Assembly (NCBI GenBank): GCA_045837725.1
Contig: JBEWZL010000269.1
Coordinates: 1 to 64,000, forward strand
Direction: 5' to 3'
Source: Vermamoeba vermiformis
Taxonomy: Eukaryota
DNA: 64,000 nt
The position numbers and the translations under genes are program-made. Shown piece by piece: positions 1 through 13,875 of this stretch. The notes beneath the pieces are model-generated. The model was not told the DNA's origin and did no database searches. It saw only the letters and a program-made list of their open reading frames with translations. Numbering within the stretch: position 1 is the stretch's first letter; each line of letters opens with the position of its first letter.

Positions 1-837
1 TTTCGAGCTCAGACCTAATCCGCTTTACAGTACTTTCCCTGTTGCTAAACGTACGTTCCTTATATATGTAATACTAAGCTTATTCTAACAATATTATTAA
101 TAGATTTTATTCGTAATTTGACCTGCTTAGAGTCGCTGACAATTAGCAGTTGTCTTATTTCACCGTTCTATGTGAGCTGCCGGCAAATGACTGAGTTACA
201 TGTACTTGGAATAATTCCTTGCCGCGATGATTTTGCGGATTGCGTTAAAGGACTGACGAATTTGGAAAAGCTGTCATTTCAGATGGGAAACCATTTCGTA
301 CATTCTCTCGATTTCGGATTTGTCAGATGGGGAGGACTGCCAAACTGCACGTGGTTGAAAATACGTGACGGCAATGCATCTTGGAATATGTACATGGGTT
401 TGATGACTCAGCTAAAGCATTTGTATATGGAGAACGCGTACATTGACGACCATCGGTTCGACCAGTACACAACATTGACTAATTTGGAAGTGCTAAGCCT
501 GACCGGACTAAAATCGCAAGCTCCGCTTTCGAATTCGGAAAAGAAATTCTACTTGGATCGTCCTCCACGAATTTCAAATCCGCATCCGATCAGTGGCTTG
601 CGACACTTGACTACCTTGAGGAGCTTGACTTATTTGGATATTTCAGAAATACGAGAGCCTATTAGTATGCAAGAATCCGATACATACAGTTCGGAATTTG
701 ACGTGGCCGAGTACCTTAGGCATTGGCCAAAGTTAAAGACTATCAACCTTACTGGCACTAATATTGGCGAGGTAAATGAAGAGAGACTACGCAATATTGA
801 TGGTTTGACGATTGAGAAGCAAAATTGGACCGTTTAA
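1..837 (+). CDS. Leucine-rich-repeat protein, 3' part (5' end outside window)
   Basis: Repeated LxxLxL motifs (LTNLEKLSF, LTNLEVLSL, LRSLTYLDI, LKTINL); GT..AG intron 51-102; stop TAA 835-837. Confidence 0.75.
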
Positions 838-912
838 ATACTCTTTGTAACGGCTGTCAGTTACGCGATCTTTTTACGTGAATCCGATGTGTTAGTGGTT
901 CAATGCTCTTTA

Positions 913-2606
913 TTAAAACATCGCAATGCCTTCTTCACTATCGCTGTCTTCCTCTTTTTTAATTTCTTGTGGCGCATCTGGCGTCACGATTGGCGCTTTG
1001 TCCTCGAATTCAAAATTGTTATTAAAGTCTTCAGCCGATGTGGCAATATGAATCTCTTCCTTATGTTCATTTCCGTCGCCTTCGCGTTGCTTTTTAGCTG
1101 CCGCACTCGCTGCTTGGCGTGCTCGAAGTGCTTCAATATCGCGCTTCTTTTGCTCTGGATCCTCCGTGTAACTTCTGATATTGAAGTTAGGAAACTTTGC
1201 CGCGTCGACTACGCTCAACCCACACGTTGTCTATAATAGAATAATATTATTAGTATCGCGTAACAAGTGAGCTATGTGATCCGGATCCCGATCTTACCTT
1301 GAAGACTTCAACGATGATAAGCTTATCAGGGTTATTTAAATCGACTATATTAGGTCTTCCCACTTGCATAACTAACGCTTTAGTGATGACATCTTTCTTC
1401 ATGCTCGTGTTGTTACGATTTCTGTACTCAATTTTGAACTGCGAAAAAAATTAGTACACGTGCTGGATCCAGCACAATTGGATATTAAATTGTAAATATA
1501 GGTCATTTATATAGTATGTGTTCGTGCTTACTCGAAGGGGCTTGCCAGCGTTCGCGAAATCGGCTGCAATAATTTCCTTGGCGACATTAGTAATGATATC
1601 TTTGCCAGCGTGACACGTCTTCAAAATCGGAAAAACTTTGTTCGTGAATCGCGTGCGGGGCTGGCCTCCTTCTTTTAAATCTGCAAAGATCTTTTGTAAG
1701 AACTCTCGCGGGTCAATTCTGTCATCAGCGATCCGAATAAACACAATGTTTTTGCATTTAGCGTTGAACCTACGATAGGACCGATTAGAGAAATTTCCTT
1801 ATATGGTAATGGGTATTGTAATATTACTTGAAAAATCGTTTGTGCTTCTTTTGTCTGGCTTCGCTGATCTCTTTCGCTAACTGATCGTGGATGTTCAATT
1901 CCTTAGTGTCGTTATTATTATCATCCTTATTCTCTGTCTTAGTCTTAATATTCTTTTCATCGTTATTCTCATTGCCGTCTTTTTCATCGTGTTGTTCTTC
2001 CTCTTCTTGTTGCTGATCTTCCTTGATCGCATTTTCATCGATTGGATAATATTTATCAGCGACCTAATAAAATAATACGTATTAATATATTATAATTGTT
2101 ACTAATCTGATATTGTCTTACCTCGTTCATAATATCTAACATTTCTTGAACGCACTTGTTTTCTCTCGCCATATCGCAGGTAATTAAAAATCCTTTGAGT
2201 CCATCTTCCAAATTAGGCACTCTAGGGCGTGGAGGAGCATTGGGGTCTTTTGGTTTTCTTTCTGTATTTGGTTGTTGGCCTTCTTGGTTTTCGTTGGATG
2301 CATCTGCGTTCGTGTCACCTTGTCCGCCTTCACTCGTCGATTGATCTTGGGTCTTGCGTTTTTTCTATAATTTTATACAATTTTTTAGAACGAGATCAAA
2401 AAATAAACTGCGATCCGATCGCGAAAATTAAATAAAATAATTTAAAACGATCTATAATCACAGCACAATAATAATAATAATCTTACTTGTTTTTTCCAGT
2501 TATTTTCCCATTTTCCTTTACGTTTCTGACCGGGTGCAGCGTTTTCGTCTGATCCGCCTTCTACCTTCACTTCCTTCTCAACTTTAGGTTGGTTATCGGT
2601 CTCCAT
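913..2606 (-). CDS. THUMPD1: THUMP-domain protein (THUMPD1/Tan1-like tRNA acetylation adaptor), multi-exon
   Basis: Spliced translation gives LEDGLKGFLITCDMARENKCVQE, RTRFTNKVFPILKTC, FKIEYRNRNNTSM, VDLNNPDKLIIVEVFK..CGLSVV, typical of THUMPD1/Tan1; ATG at 2606. Confidence 0.85.
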
Positions 2607-3004
2607 GGTGTTCTATATTTATAATTTATAAAAATTGGCCTCCCAAGTTAGATTTAGTCATGACTTAACCTCGCGTTGAAAAAAAATTTGGTCAATCAGT
2701 TTTCTTTTAGAAACACTATGTTAACAATACTAAGGGTCTTAAATACACCTGTAAATAATTGACATCGATGTATAGCCAATTTGTATCAAAGACAAGCGAG
2801 CTGACCCGGATCTCACGGAGTTTTATTTTAAAAAATTTCCCTGCGCCTCAAACGCAAAAAAGAACGTATAGAAATATTACTAGAAGGTAATTATCCGCAA
2901 ATAAAATATTAAAGTTATTTCTATTATTTTGCAAACTAATACTCGAATAATTACAAATTATTAACTCTTCTTTTTACGAATAGAGACTGATATAAAGCTT
3001 TTAG

Positions 3005-4613
3005 GTTTATTAAATTGACAATTAATCCGAAGAAAAAGGCTGCATCGAAGTTGAACGTCAAATCTGAGAGTGACATCCATTTAGGCGCCAAAAACCACAT
3101 TAAAGAAGAGGTAAGACTACAATAGTCATAAGAATAATACCAATAACAATGCTAATATTATTTCAGCTGAGTCACACGAATAAACTCTCAATCGCACGTG
3201 TCTGCACAACAAAGCAAGATCTCGAGCACATTGCAATAGCGCCGTTCTGGACTTGTTCGCATTTGTTAGTGGTACGTATATACTATCTATTAAATTATAT
3301 AACATGCGATTATCCGATATATTGGGTCCTAAATAAATTCACTCAACTTATCATGGCGAGTACGAGGACGCATGTCTAACCTTTGTATTTCCTTTTTAGG
3401 AAAAAGATTGGCTGAAAGGATTTAACAAGGCAGAGACCGAGTATCGAATGAAACGGATAGGCATTCCTGATGTAGCCCTATTAGACCGCGATACAGACAA
3501 AGTTGTCGGTCTAGTCGAAGGTACGTAACAATCAACATCGTTGGTAATATTAATATTATGGACAGTATTATATACGAGTAAAATGAGCAACACGAAGATC
3601 AACCTGTTGAATAAATCAAAAATTCCGTGGGTCGAAACCAAAGCGGAGGACGTCATGGGCTGGACTGGTGCTGACCCACTAATTGCTTATAGAAGCTCAG
3701 AGCCCGTAAGTATACATATAGTAACGCCTTCTATAATATAACAACATATAGTCTATATAATCGTTTTTACAATGGATAAGCAGTGCGTAAAAGTGACACT
3801 TTGACTTGTCATTTTTGGCACGATGAAACTTTAATACAAATTTACAACGTCATATACTTCTTAATGATTATTATTGTTAGAGTGAATAATTACTATTGAT
3901 ACTAAATGATCGTTCATAGGACTGGCAGTGTAACGCATGCAAAGAAATTAATTGGCAGAACGTGACATTGGAAAGAATTGCCGCCATTGTTGATGTGTAT
4001 CCGAAGACTGGTTGGAGCTCAAAATTTTACCGAAAAGTCTTTGCGATATTTCAAGACGTTCGGGCATTGCCAAACAAGTAAGTTTATTCGCTCGACAAGT
4101 CTTTGCAGAAATTTTATTAACTATGAAAACTAATTTTGTAGTGCTGAGGAGCTTGCTGATCGATATTATCTAGTCGAAGGTACTTATATGGTATTGGATG
4201 GCTGGAACATCGTCGAATGCGAAAGTTTTCTACGCGGCGCAGTTCAGTTCAGTGAATCGTACGAAAAAATTATTGGAAAAGAGCCGATTTTTTTAGACGG
4301 ACTTCATTTTGCCTTAAACGAGGACCAAGCGATGATTTTGTTGCAAGATCTGATGAATACAAATTTGAATAATTGGAAACAATCTCCGACGAGATATTCG
4401 ATCGATGACAGCGTACTAAAATGGCCCGGTCTATCGTTGCGACAAATTTTCCATCAAAAAGACTCCAAAGGAACTTTATCAAAAGTAGTTAATGTCCAAA
4501 ATTATCAAAGTTTACCGACTTTGTACCCGACAATAGCACGTCTATTCGGGTATAACATTCCTTGGCTGAAAAACAACGCGAAACCAGGCCCGAAAAAACT
4601 TGTACAGAAATAA
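3005..4613 (+). CDS. CoiA-like PD-(D/E)xK nuclease-domain protein, multi-exon, 5' end uncertain (possible ATG at 2718)
   Basis: Spliced motifs ESDIHLGAK ... EYRMKRIGIPDVALLD ... GLVEVLYTSKM ... IPWVE, then a CNAC motif. Confidence 0.6.
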
Positions 4614-4900
4614 ATAAGGTTTATATTATTTACAAGGTTTAGCTTGGCACGCATTAAGGTGCCCTTAAAACAGTACCCAAATTGAAATTTCCGATAACCG
4701 GGTTCTCAGATCTTAAGTGGGAAATTGCTGACTTTGTGGCTCGGCTAAAACTGCAGGCATTCAGCGGAAATAGGGCAATTTTGCGTCCCTAACCGAGTTA
4801 CGCAAAGTATGGATTTTTCTCTGGAGAAGATCCCACCTGTCAAAAATTAATTTTGGTTGTAGTCATCGCATTAAACGCTTACTACTCTTAAAGATAGCAC

Positions 4901-7237
4901 ATGAGCGAGGTAATTTTTTAAACTTCCAACGTCATGTTTTGTCTGTCTCATCTGCGTTTATTAAAAACACATTCCTTTGTTTTACTTCTAAATACTACTT
5001 TTATTATTATAATATGAAGGAGATAATTCATTGAGGCCACACATGGCATTTTGGCAAAAAAGACGACAATCGAGTCAAAAATTAAGAAATTAAATTTAAA
5101 AACTCGTAATAATTGCTGTAACCACCTTATTTATTCTATATAGTTGAAATCAGAGTCAAAGATCTTTCGCGCACTGCGACATGGGAAACCATTCTCACTG
5201 GATCCAACAGTAAAGTCCCTGGACTTTTCAGGTAAATAAAGGAACTCCTATAACATCGTATTTTAAAAATTTGAAACAGACTACACCAACTATGGTATAC
5301 AGTACGGAGAACTTTTCCAGGCCCTTAAAAAAAATACCACGCTGACGAGTCTCAAGCTGAGTACGTAGTTACGACGCATCTTGTAATGTGCCATTAATAA
5401 TTTGGACAGACTCCAGTATTGGTGTGAGTGGCGCACGACAGCTTGCAGATGTTCTAAAGGAAAATTTGTCTCTTACGAGCGTCAAGATCTCTGGCGGAGA
5501 ATTTCTATCGGATCTTTTTTATTCTCAGTCAAAAGGGAAGAAGGTTCTGGCAAGAATTAACGACTTGGTAGAAAAGAATAGACTATACCAACAGGTAAAC
5601 TTATAGTCTGAAAACATTTCATAATCTAACGTACGCCAGGCTGTGACTCGCAAGGTTCAGGAAGAAATGAAAAGGCTGTTACCAAAACTAGAAGAGCTAG
5701 TGCGAGCAGAAGTACAGGCCGAGCGCGAGGCAGAAGAGGCAAAAAAGCAACAAGAAGAGGCCTTGGCCAGACAGCGACACGAAGAAGCACTGACCAAAGA
5801 ACGCAAAGCCGCAGAGCTCAAGAAGCAACAGGAGTTGCAAGCCCAAAAGCGTCGACAAGAAGAAGAGCAGGCCAAAAAAGTATCTGACGTCAAAGCATGG
5901 ATCGATGCCAACAACTGGGAGGCACTTGCAATGTTCATTAAAGACCACCCGGACTTCGCCATTACCAACTTGCTGGCCACGGGCAAGTACAACTTGAACA
6001 CGGTGACATTTGTCAATCAGCTCTCAGCGCACACGGTCCAACGAATCATTGAAGAGCTCGAGGTGGCACAAGATTTCAATAACAAGAAAAACGACGAGTT
6101 ATTGGCTCAGCAGCAGGTGTTAGTGGCTGAAGAAGAAGACCTGAAGCGAAAGCTTGAGCAAGTTAGGGCCCAGATCCAACAAGTAACCGCTCAGAGCAGG
6201 GCTGCAAAGAATGATTTGGAAGTCACCACCGGTCAAATTACTAAAGCGAAAGATAATTTGAAGGAGATTCAAAAATCTCTCGCGGAAAGTACGCCAAAAT
6301 TGGAGCAGTGGCGAGAACGCCTTCAAGTCGATGTTTCAGAATGGACCTACGAAGACATCGAATGCTTATTAAGAGAAATCAACATGACGGACCATACTTC
6401 CTCGTTCATTAAAAACAAGATCGATGGCAGTGTGTTGCTCGATCTTACCACATCCGATCTGATCGACTGTCTCAGCATCAACTTCAAAGAGGCTAAGAAA
6501 TTGTTGAAGTCCGTATTTCTTGCTCGCGTCTACAAGGACATCTACACGACACCCCCTGGCGTGCTTCAATGGCATGTTGATACTGTTTGCTCGTGGCTCG
6601 AGGACAACAAGTTTGCTCACTTGTCTGAAACTTTCCGCAAGCAACAAGCAAGTATATTGTATTTAATATTCCATATATTAATCTAAGAGTTACTTTAGAT
6701 TACTGGAAGCGAGTTGGCGTTCATCGATCGAAATGACTTAAAGAAATACTTGAAGATCGAAGCGTTAGGCGATTGTATCAAACTAGAAAAGGCGATCAAC
6801 GAGCTGCAGCGATCTCATTTAGCAGAAAAATCTATCCAAAAGCAAATTGCCGTCGAATTGGAAGTGGAGAAAGTCGCTGGGTATCAGGTACGAAATTGCT
6901 TTCGAAATTTCTCAGAAATTATTTTAAGAATTATTCTCTCTAGAGCGAATTAGAGCAGAAATTGCACGAGATGAAGGCCATTAACGAGGAGCTCAAGCGG
7001 AAGCTAAAAGACGCGAAGAAAAATGCACCCGAAGCCTTTTGCTGCCCGATCACGCAAGAAGTCATGAGCGATCCGGTGGTGGCGAGCGATGGCCACACTT
7101 ACGAACGTGTCGCCATTGAAGCGTGGTTGTTGCACCACGATACCTCACCCATGACCAATCAGCGCTTGGAGAACAAAGTTTTGACCCCCTCTCACACGTT
7201 GAAGAGCATGATCCGCGAGTTTGTTGATCGAAAGTAG
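4901..7237 (+). CDS. LRR - coiled coil - tandem SAM - U-box E3 ligase, start uncertain
   Basis: RI-type LRR (ALKKNTTLTSLKL, IGVSGARQLADVLKEN); long E/K/Q coiled coil; two SAM domains (WTYEDIECLL..IDGSVLLDL; WHVDTVCSWL); U-box PEAFCCPITQEVMSDPVVASDGHTYERVAIEAWL. Confidence 0.9.
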
Positions 7238-7246
7238 GCTTACCTT

Positions 7247-7360
7247 ACTGATACAATGTCGTTAGTTCATCAGTGTAACTAACCTCAGCTTCAATAGGTG
7301 ACACTATTCTATTGTAATCGTATTCTTCCGGCTGTACGCCAACCAGACAATTAAAGATGT
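7247..7360 (-). pseudogene. Deleted remnant of the neighbouring F-box/GTPase-like gene
   Basis: 7247-7269 matches 9888-9910 (22/23 nt); 7297-7321 is identical to 10117-10141, with similar flanks. Confidence 0.7.
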
Positions 7361-7525
7361 TTCCTTCACCGGTGTACGGCAATCCCAGATTCCCAAATAG
7401 GCTATTGACTCTTTAAGTCACCTTGCCACGAAATTAATTTGTTTTCAAATTACGCTTCGGTCCGCAGTATTTTCCGTAGGTAAAATGGACTGTCCAATTT
7501 TTCTAAATATTACCAAAGGAACAGC

Positions 7526-9730
7526 ATGCGTTTCCTATGGTTTTTATCAGTGCTAGTGGCGCTAGGTATCTAAGATATTAATAGATTTGACCTCACAATC
7601 AATTTTAATATTTTTTGTACGAAGCCGCTTGCGTTCAGATTAATCCTCCTGAACTCCCTCGAGTTAAATACGATGTTACTTATTCAGCGCCACAGAACAA
7701 AGTCGTTGTATCGGCTGGTCAATCAATTCAAGCGGCTATAGATGCAGCAACTTTGGGCACCGTGATCGAGTTGGAAGCAGGAGCAACTTGGGATATTGGA
7801 AAAGAGTCTATCGTACTGAGAAATAAATCTGGTAAGTGTTTTGTTTTTTTAAATTTCAATATGTAGCAGTTTGTAATTAATGAAATTTTGTTAGGCGACG
7901 GTTGGATTTACATCCAGACTTCAGCGTACAATTCTTTGCCGTCTCCCGGCACGCGTGTCGCTCCTAGCGATAGCCAATATATGCCCAAAATTATTTCAGA
8001 CGTCCAGCCTGCAATTACGATAGAAAGCGGAGCGCATCATTATCGTTTGGTCGGAATTGAATTCACTGGTACTACGGCATATATGAATGCGCTAAGTAAG
8101 TAACAGACGCATATATAGCAAGTATTAATGAGATTCAGTCGAGTTGGGCAACTATTACCCATCGAGTATGGCGGATTTGGCCGATCACATAATTTTGGAT
8201 CGCATCTACGCTTGGGGACCAGACGATGGAGGGATCAAGAGAGGCGTTGCACTTAATTGCATATCTGGAGCTGTCGTAGACTCGTATATATCTGGCTTTA
8301 AAGCTGCTGGTTTTGATTCACAAGTACGCTTAACATTTAATCTAACCGCTTTAACGAGTTAACTAGGCAGTAGCTGGTTGGATCGGTACAGGTCCATACG
8401 TTATCGATAATAATTTTATGGAAGGAGCTACTGAGGTGATTTAAGATTTGGATTCGTCCACCATCGGGCTAATTATTTTTTTCTCAGAATTTCATTTTCG
8501 GCGGAGCAGATCCGCCAGCGACTTTGAACAGTCCTATTCCGTCGGATATATTCATTACAAGGAATCATCTATTTAAGCGTCTTTCTTGGCTAGGCGATAG
8601 CAGTGTGGTCATAAAAAATCTTCTTGAATTCAAAGTTGGCCAACGAGTGCTCGTCGAAGGAAATGTCTTTGAAAATAATTGGGCGAATGGTAATAATATT
8701 ATATTTAACAACACGCACAAAAGTACATGTTTTAACTTGATACTTACAGGTCAAGCGGGCCGAGCAATCGTATTGACTCCCAGAAATCAAGATGGAACCA
8801 TGCCGACTGCCGTAATAGGCGATATTACGCTTCGAAATAATATTATTCATACTTCTTGTGCTGGTTTGATTATTCTATCACGTGACGATCTAAAGGAAAG
8901 TTTGATAACGGAGAGAATTGATTTCTCGAACAATTTAATTTACAATCTATCTCCTGCGTAAGTCGTCTATAATAGTCTATCGAATAGGTTATTAATATTT
9001 ATCAAAGGATGTGTGGCGGTGGAAGCGGAAGAGGTTTTCTTTTCATTAGCGGTCCTCAGCCCGGCAACGATTGGTCGATTAATCATAACTCTATTTTCCC
9101 AGAAATTGGCGCAGATTTCAATAGTTGGGCCAATGTCGGAGATTCAGGCACTGTAGTCAATCGTTTTCAAATGAACGATAACATTGCTTATTTGGGAAGC
9201 TACGCAGTACATGCAGCTCAAGGCACCGGGGATCAAGCCCTGCAGATCTATATGACTGACTGGGAAATGAAAAATAATCTGTTAGTTGGCCCAGATGCAT
9301 TTGGAGTCTATTTTCCGAACGATACAATCGTCAATAACGGAACATTCATGAACGATGTGGGTAACGACGACTTTTCCTATGTTTCTGGATCTCCTTATTT
9401 GGGAAAGGCTTCTGATGGCACCAACCCTGGGGCTGATTTGGAAAAGATTGCATGTGCTATAAGTAAGTCCTTACTATTGGGATTGAAAAATGACTGACTT
9501 TTTTCCGAAGATCCAGCGGATGCGCCGGAGAATTTAAAGTTACCTCAGTGTACTCTAGCACCGACTGTATACATCCCAAAAACACCCGCATCAACAACAC
9601 CAAAGTCGTCAACATCTGCCAGGTAAAATCACAACACATTCTTCAGAGCAAGGCGTTAACATATTTAAGTAGTGCTCCTATTGCCGTCTTTGGAGTTGCG
9701 ATCATCTTGGCACTTATCTTCGTGATGTAA
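7526..9730 (+). CDS. Secreted/membrane-anchored right-handed beta-helix (pectin-lyase-like) protein
   Basis: Signal peptide MRFLWFLSVLVAL; SIQAAIDAA..GTVIELEAG, AHHYRLVGIEF, DSYISGFK, ENFIFGGADP, KNLLEFK..RVLVEGNVFENNW; hydrophobic C-terminus. Confidence 0.8.
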
Positions 9731-9830
9731 TATCAAGATGGTTAAGAACTATTGATTATTTTCGGAGCCGAACGTTGGATCGGGATCGGAAAAAGTTAAT
9801 AAAATTTATAAAAAAATATTTATTTTGGCG

Positions 9831-11138
9831 TCAAAAGCAGCATTTAGCTGATTTTGTGGAACAATTTTCGTCTTCGATAGCTTTGCAACTGATACAATAT
9901 CGTTAGTTCACCTCTCAATAGCGTCATATCAAACTCCTTACTAAGCAGCCTTCAGCAGCTCGTCTTTCACTGAATTCATTACTCTGTCAATTTTCTTGGA
10001 GTCGTTCAGTGAAACTTCAAAGTACTTCATGCCGAATAGATTTGCGACGAACTGCAAAAAATCGACAGTTAGTCAAATGAATATGGCAACTAATGTATCT
10101 TACCTCAACTTCAGTGGGTGACACTATTCTATTGTAATCGTCCTCTTCAGGCTGTACGCCAGTGAGACAAAACACTTGGTGCGAAGATGTTTTTGTGCGG
10201 TTGTTGTAGATTTCGGGTAAATTTTCTTCGATCAATCTTGTCAACGACTGCCTATCATTCAGATTGAAGAAGAACATAATCGCATGACTTTTCTTGTAAA
10301 ATTTTGATTCAATTAATTCTTTCTTAAAAGCAGATCTCTTTTTTGTCGAACTTTTGTGAACGCGCCACTGAATGCGAACCAACGTCAGATCTGCAATTAC
10401 GAATATCCTTTCTTTACATACTGTATGTAAGAAAGAGTTAAGGCCGTCTTGATCTCGAATTTGCTTGCTCCATCCCTATCAAAGTTCTGTTAATAATCAG
10501 CCCCGAATGAAGCTTCTGACCCGATCCACGAACTCACTTTTTGAGAAGAAGCCCACTAATAAAGATACCGTTAGAGCGCTTACATATTTTTTCTCGGAAT
10601 TTGCTTACGGTATAAGCGTCCAAGAAACCGTTCACAATCGGCGTGGGACCGGATGGAACAATTTGAAAGAAATAATAGGGCTCAGATGTGTGTCGTTCGC
10701 GTTTAATAAGTTTGTCTTTGGCACCGCTTTTCCACCTGTGTTATTGTAAGATTTAATATTTGGACCTTAAGTAATGACTTATTTATAACACAAACCTTTG
10801 TTCGATGTCTTTGCGAGTCACACTGTCACTTCGGAGGCTTCGCCGACTAGACAACCATTGAATTATTTCTACATAAATACACCGTTACTATTATTTCACT
10901 TATCGACAATAATTCTTTTAATTTTTGTTCAAAGCTTGGATTCGGATCCCGGCCGATTCGTACCTGTATTCCATTTCGTCGCACCTATTATCGGAAGATG
11001 AGGCATTGACGCGAGATTGTAAAATAGACGGCACACTCTTTGCAGGGTAACAATAGTGTCTAATGTCGAGATCGCGTATCGGTGGATGTGGCACCATACT
11101 TCGGGAGGCAGGCTGAGGTAATCAATTCGTTGCGCCAT
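9831..11138 (-). CDS. F-box protein fused to a degenerate Ras/Rab-like domain with Cys-containing C-terminus
   Basis: N-terminal LSLPPEVWCHI..LQRVCRLFY (F-box); C-terminal HAIMFFFNLNDRQSL, VFCLTGVQ, MKYFEVSL; ends KCCF-stop. Internal exons not fully resolved. Confidence 0.65.
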
Positions 11139-11321
11139 CGTATTATTATAGATATGTGGTGTATTGTTTATAAAAACTGTCGATATTAATATTTAATCCA
11201 ATTCGTGCCGTTATTTATATCTTGCGCGACAATTTGACAGCTGTCATGCGTTCTTAAGATTAAAGTCCAAGTTTATTATATATTTAATAAACTTGATAGA
11301 ATATACTTCCCCGTAATAACT

Positions 11322-13119
11322 TTAATCCCACTCGGCCAATCCGAGCATTTTCTTGTCTAGTTCGGTCGTTTTTGGAAGTTCGTGGAACACGCATTCCCAC
11401 GACATGTTGCCGCGATCCGTGTCATTGCCCGACGAAAACATTTCAGGCTTGCGACCAGTCTTGACGGCTCTATATGACATATGCATTAGTGATTGCAAAT
11501 AAATAATTAGCAAGAGTAAAATTATCGTACCGAGTGGTGTCCTGGCGGTACTTTTCGTAGTAGGAGCAAGATCTGGGAATGCAACGAATGAAGCATTGCA
11601 AGCGCCATTGATTCGAGGTGCTCACAGCGTTAGCATGGGGCAAGCGCGATGACCAAATAAGGAAATCTCCTTTCTTCATCGGGATCTCCTTCACTTCGTT
11701 CTTCACGGTGTCAAAGTCTGCGTAGTTAAGGAACACGTCCTCTTCATATGGCGGCATTCTCTTGCTGCCTAATGACCCACCGAACTCACCAGCCTCATAC
11801 TTGGCTCGGTAATTGCGGATCTTGTCAAGTTTGTGGTGACCTGTGAAATTTCCGTGGGTCAGATCTAGCGTTCAAAAGTGATCACAAATGTTAGTAGTAT
11901 TTACCTGGTAAGCATACAAAGCCACCACCGCCAACTGGACAATCAGAGAGGCAAACACTTCCTTGGTACGCAGGTCCGCCAAGGTACCACAAGTTGAGAT
12001 CCGTGTGGACTGACAATTTGCCGTGCAAGCGCGGGAATGTCAAATTCGTCTGTTGGCCGTCGACTATAGTAAAATATTTAATATGCGGTTCAATTGTAAG
12101 GGAGTGCCAGCCGACTGACACGGGTCAAAAAGTGGTCTGGATCGAACTTACCATCAACCTCGATCCAAGCAGGAGGCTTCATACTGACACGATCGAGCGA
12201 GACAGTCAATTGGTGGTCGCGCAAAAGTTGTGCGAAGAGACTGTACAACTTGGGATCCGTTCTCATTTCATAATACGCGGGCAAATGCCACAAATCAACG
12301 AAACCATTGACACCCAGAACCTTTTGATTGGGTTAATATCGGTAGCATATTACTATATTAGGCAAGTCGATGTCGAGTATACTTACATCGTGAGTCCAAG
12401 TCACGTGGTTGTCTTTCACGAGGCCAGTCAACATGCACGCGCGCAAAAACATTTGTTCCACGAGTCGATCCACGAGTTCATTAGAGAAGAAATTCTGCAA
12501 AGATTAGTAAAGATCATTGCCAAATTTGGAAACGATAAAGGTATCGACTCGTTCATGAAAATTATTTTTTTGGGAGCGTTCAAAATGACATCCGGAATTG
12601 TACTAGTGCAGTAAGATAACAATAGCACTGTATGAGTTAATGTATGACTTACCTCAATAACGAGATAGCCATTGTCTTCCAAGAACTTAATTTGCTCTTC
12701 AGTCAATTGAAAGTCCAAGGCGTGGTCGTGTTTGGCCAGCTCTTCACGCTCTTGTGCAGTCAATCGGATGCGGTCTTCTTCTTCTTTGGCGGCGAATTCT
12801 GCCAGTCTCTTGGTCACACTGCAAGAATATGATCAATATATTACGTAGAAGTAACTCTATAGTGAGCTTATGTCTCAAAAACTTGCGAGATGCGGATCAT
12901 CCGTTCGGACACGAATATTTGCATATAAGGATTCATTATTATTATGCTTACTTGTCTTGGTATTCTTGAGAAATGACATCGCCGTTCATGTCGTACAAGA
13001 CGCCATTGACTTCAAGTGTTTCGAGCAGTAGATCCACAGAACAGAAGCTCATTAGTAACATAATTTCGAATTATTATTGGTTACTAATAGTACTTATCTC
13101 GATCAAGATCTGGCTTCAT
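11322..13119 (-). CDS. PhyH-like Fe(II)/2-oxoglutarate dioxygenase
   Basis: LTEEQIKFLEDNGYLVI, VSLDRVSMKPP, HTDLN (HxD), YQGSVCLSD..GGFVCLPG, KGDFLIWSSRLPHAN (distal His). Confidence 0.85.
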
Positions 13120-13875
13120 TTTCAAAGCACGCACGTACAAAGTAGTGGCTCTGAGGTAAAATCAAAGTCAAAATTTGATATTGATATTTTATATTAATTC
13201 AACGGTTGAGTAATACTCATCTCCTCGCTCTATATAAAGCGGGAAGCACAGTCAAATTTAATTTAAAATTAGTATTTACGAAAATAATCAAAAAATATTT
13301 TAAAACTGTCCTTACTCTTTAAGCTTGCCTTCCTTCTCAAGATGAATAGCATTTAGATATATCTCCTCTGCGGTTTGTTTTTTCGGTTCCTAAAATAAAT
13401 TGTTAGCAACATAAACCAGGATCCGAGCTGCTCGGCTGTACCATTAATTTGGGCTGTTTGATCGCTAATTATGATAGCTGTATTGTGTTACATGAGTAAA
13501 ATCTATGGTAGTAAAGCCTCTGAACAAATTAATTTAATTAAAAAATTAGCCCCCTCAATTCTCGCGCTTTTCCCGCTTTTGATTCGATAATAGATTATTC
13601 AAATACATGCCCAAGCTAGAGATAGAGCTAGTATATCTCGATAAGGCTACTGCCCGTCTTTCTTTGTCAATCAAGTTGAAACACGACAGGATTGTACCGC
13701 AGAGGACCGCCGTGTCCACTCAAAACAAAAAACGTCGATTCTCGATAGTTTAAATAGTCAACAATTATGTATAAAGCATATGACCAATATTTATGGTTTA
13801 TTCACCCGTCTTTGAGACGAAACAAAAATGTAACAGAGCAAATCTGTTACCATAGAACGCTATAAACAACAATAT

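Noticed and set aside
11994-12614. 206-aa plus-strand ORF
   Set aside because: Antisense shadow of the PhyH-like gene with no domain features.
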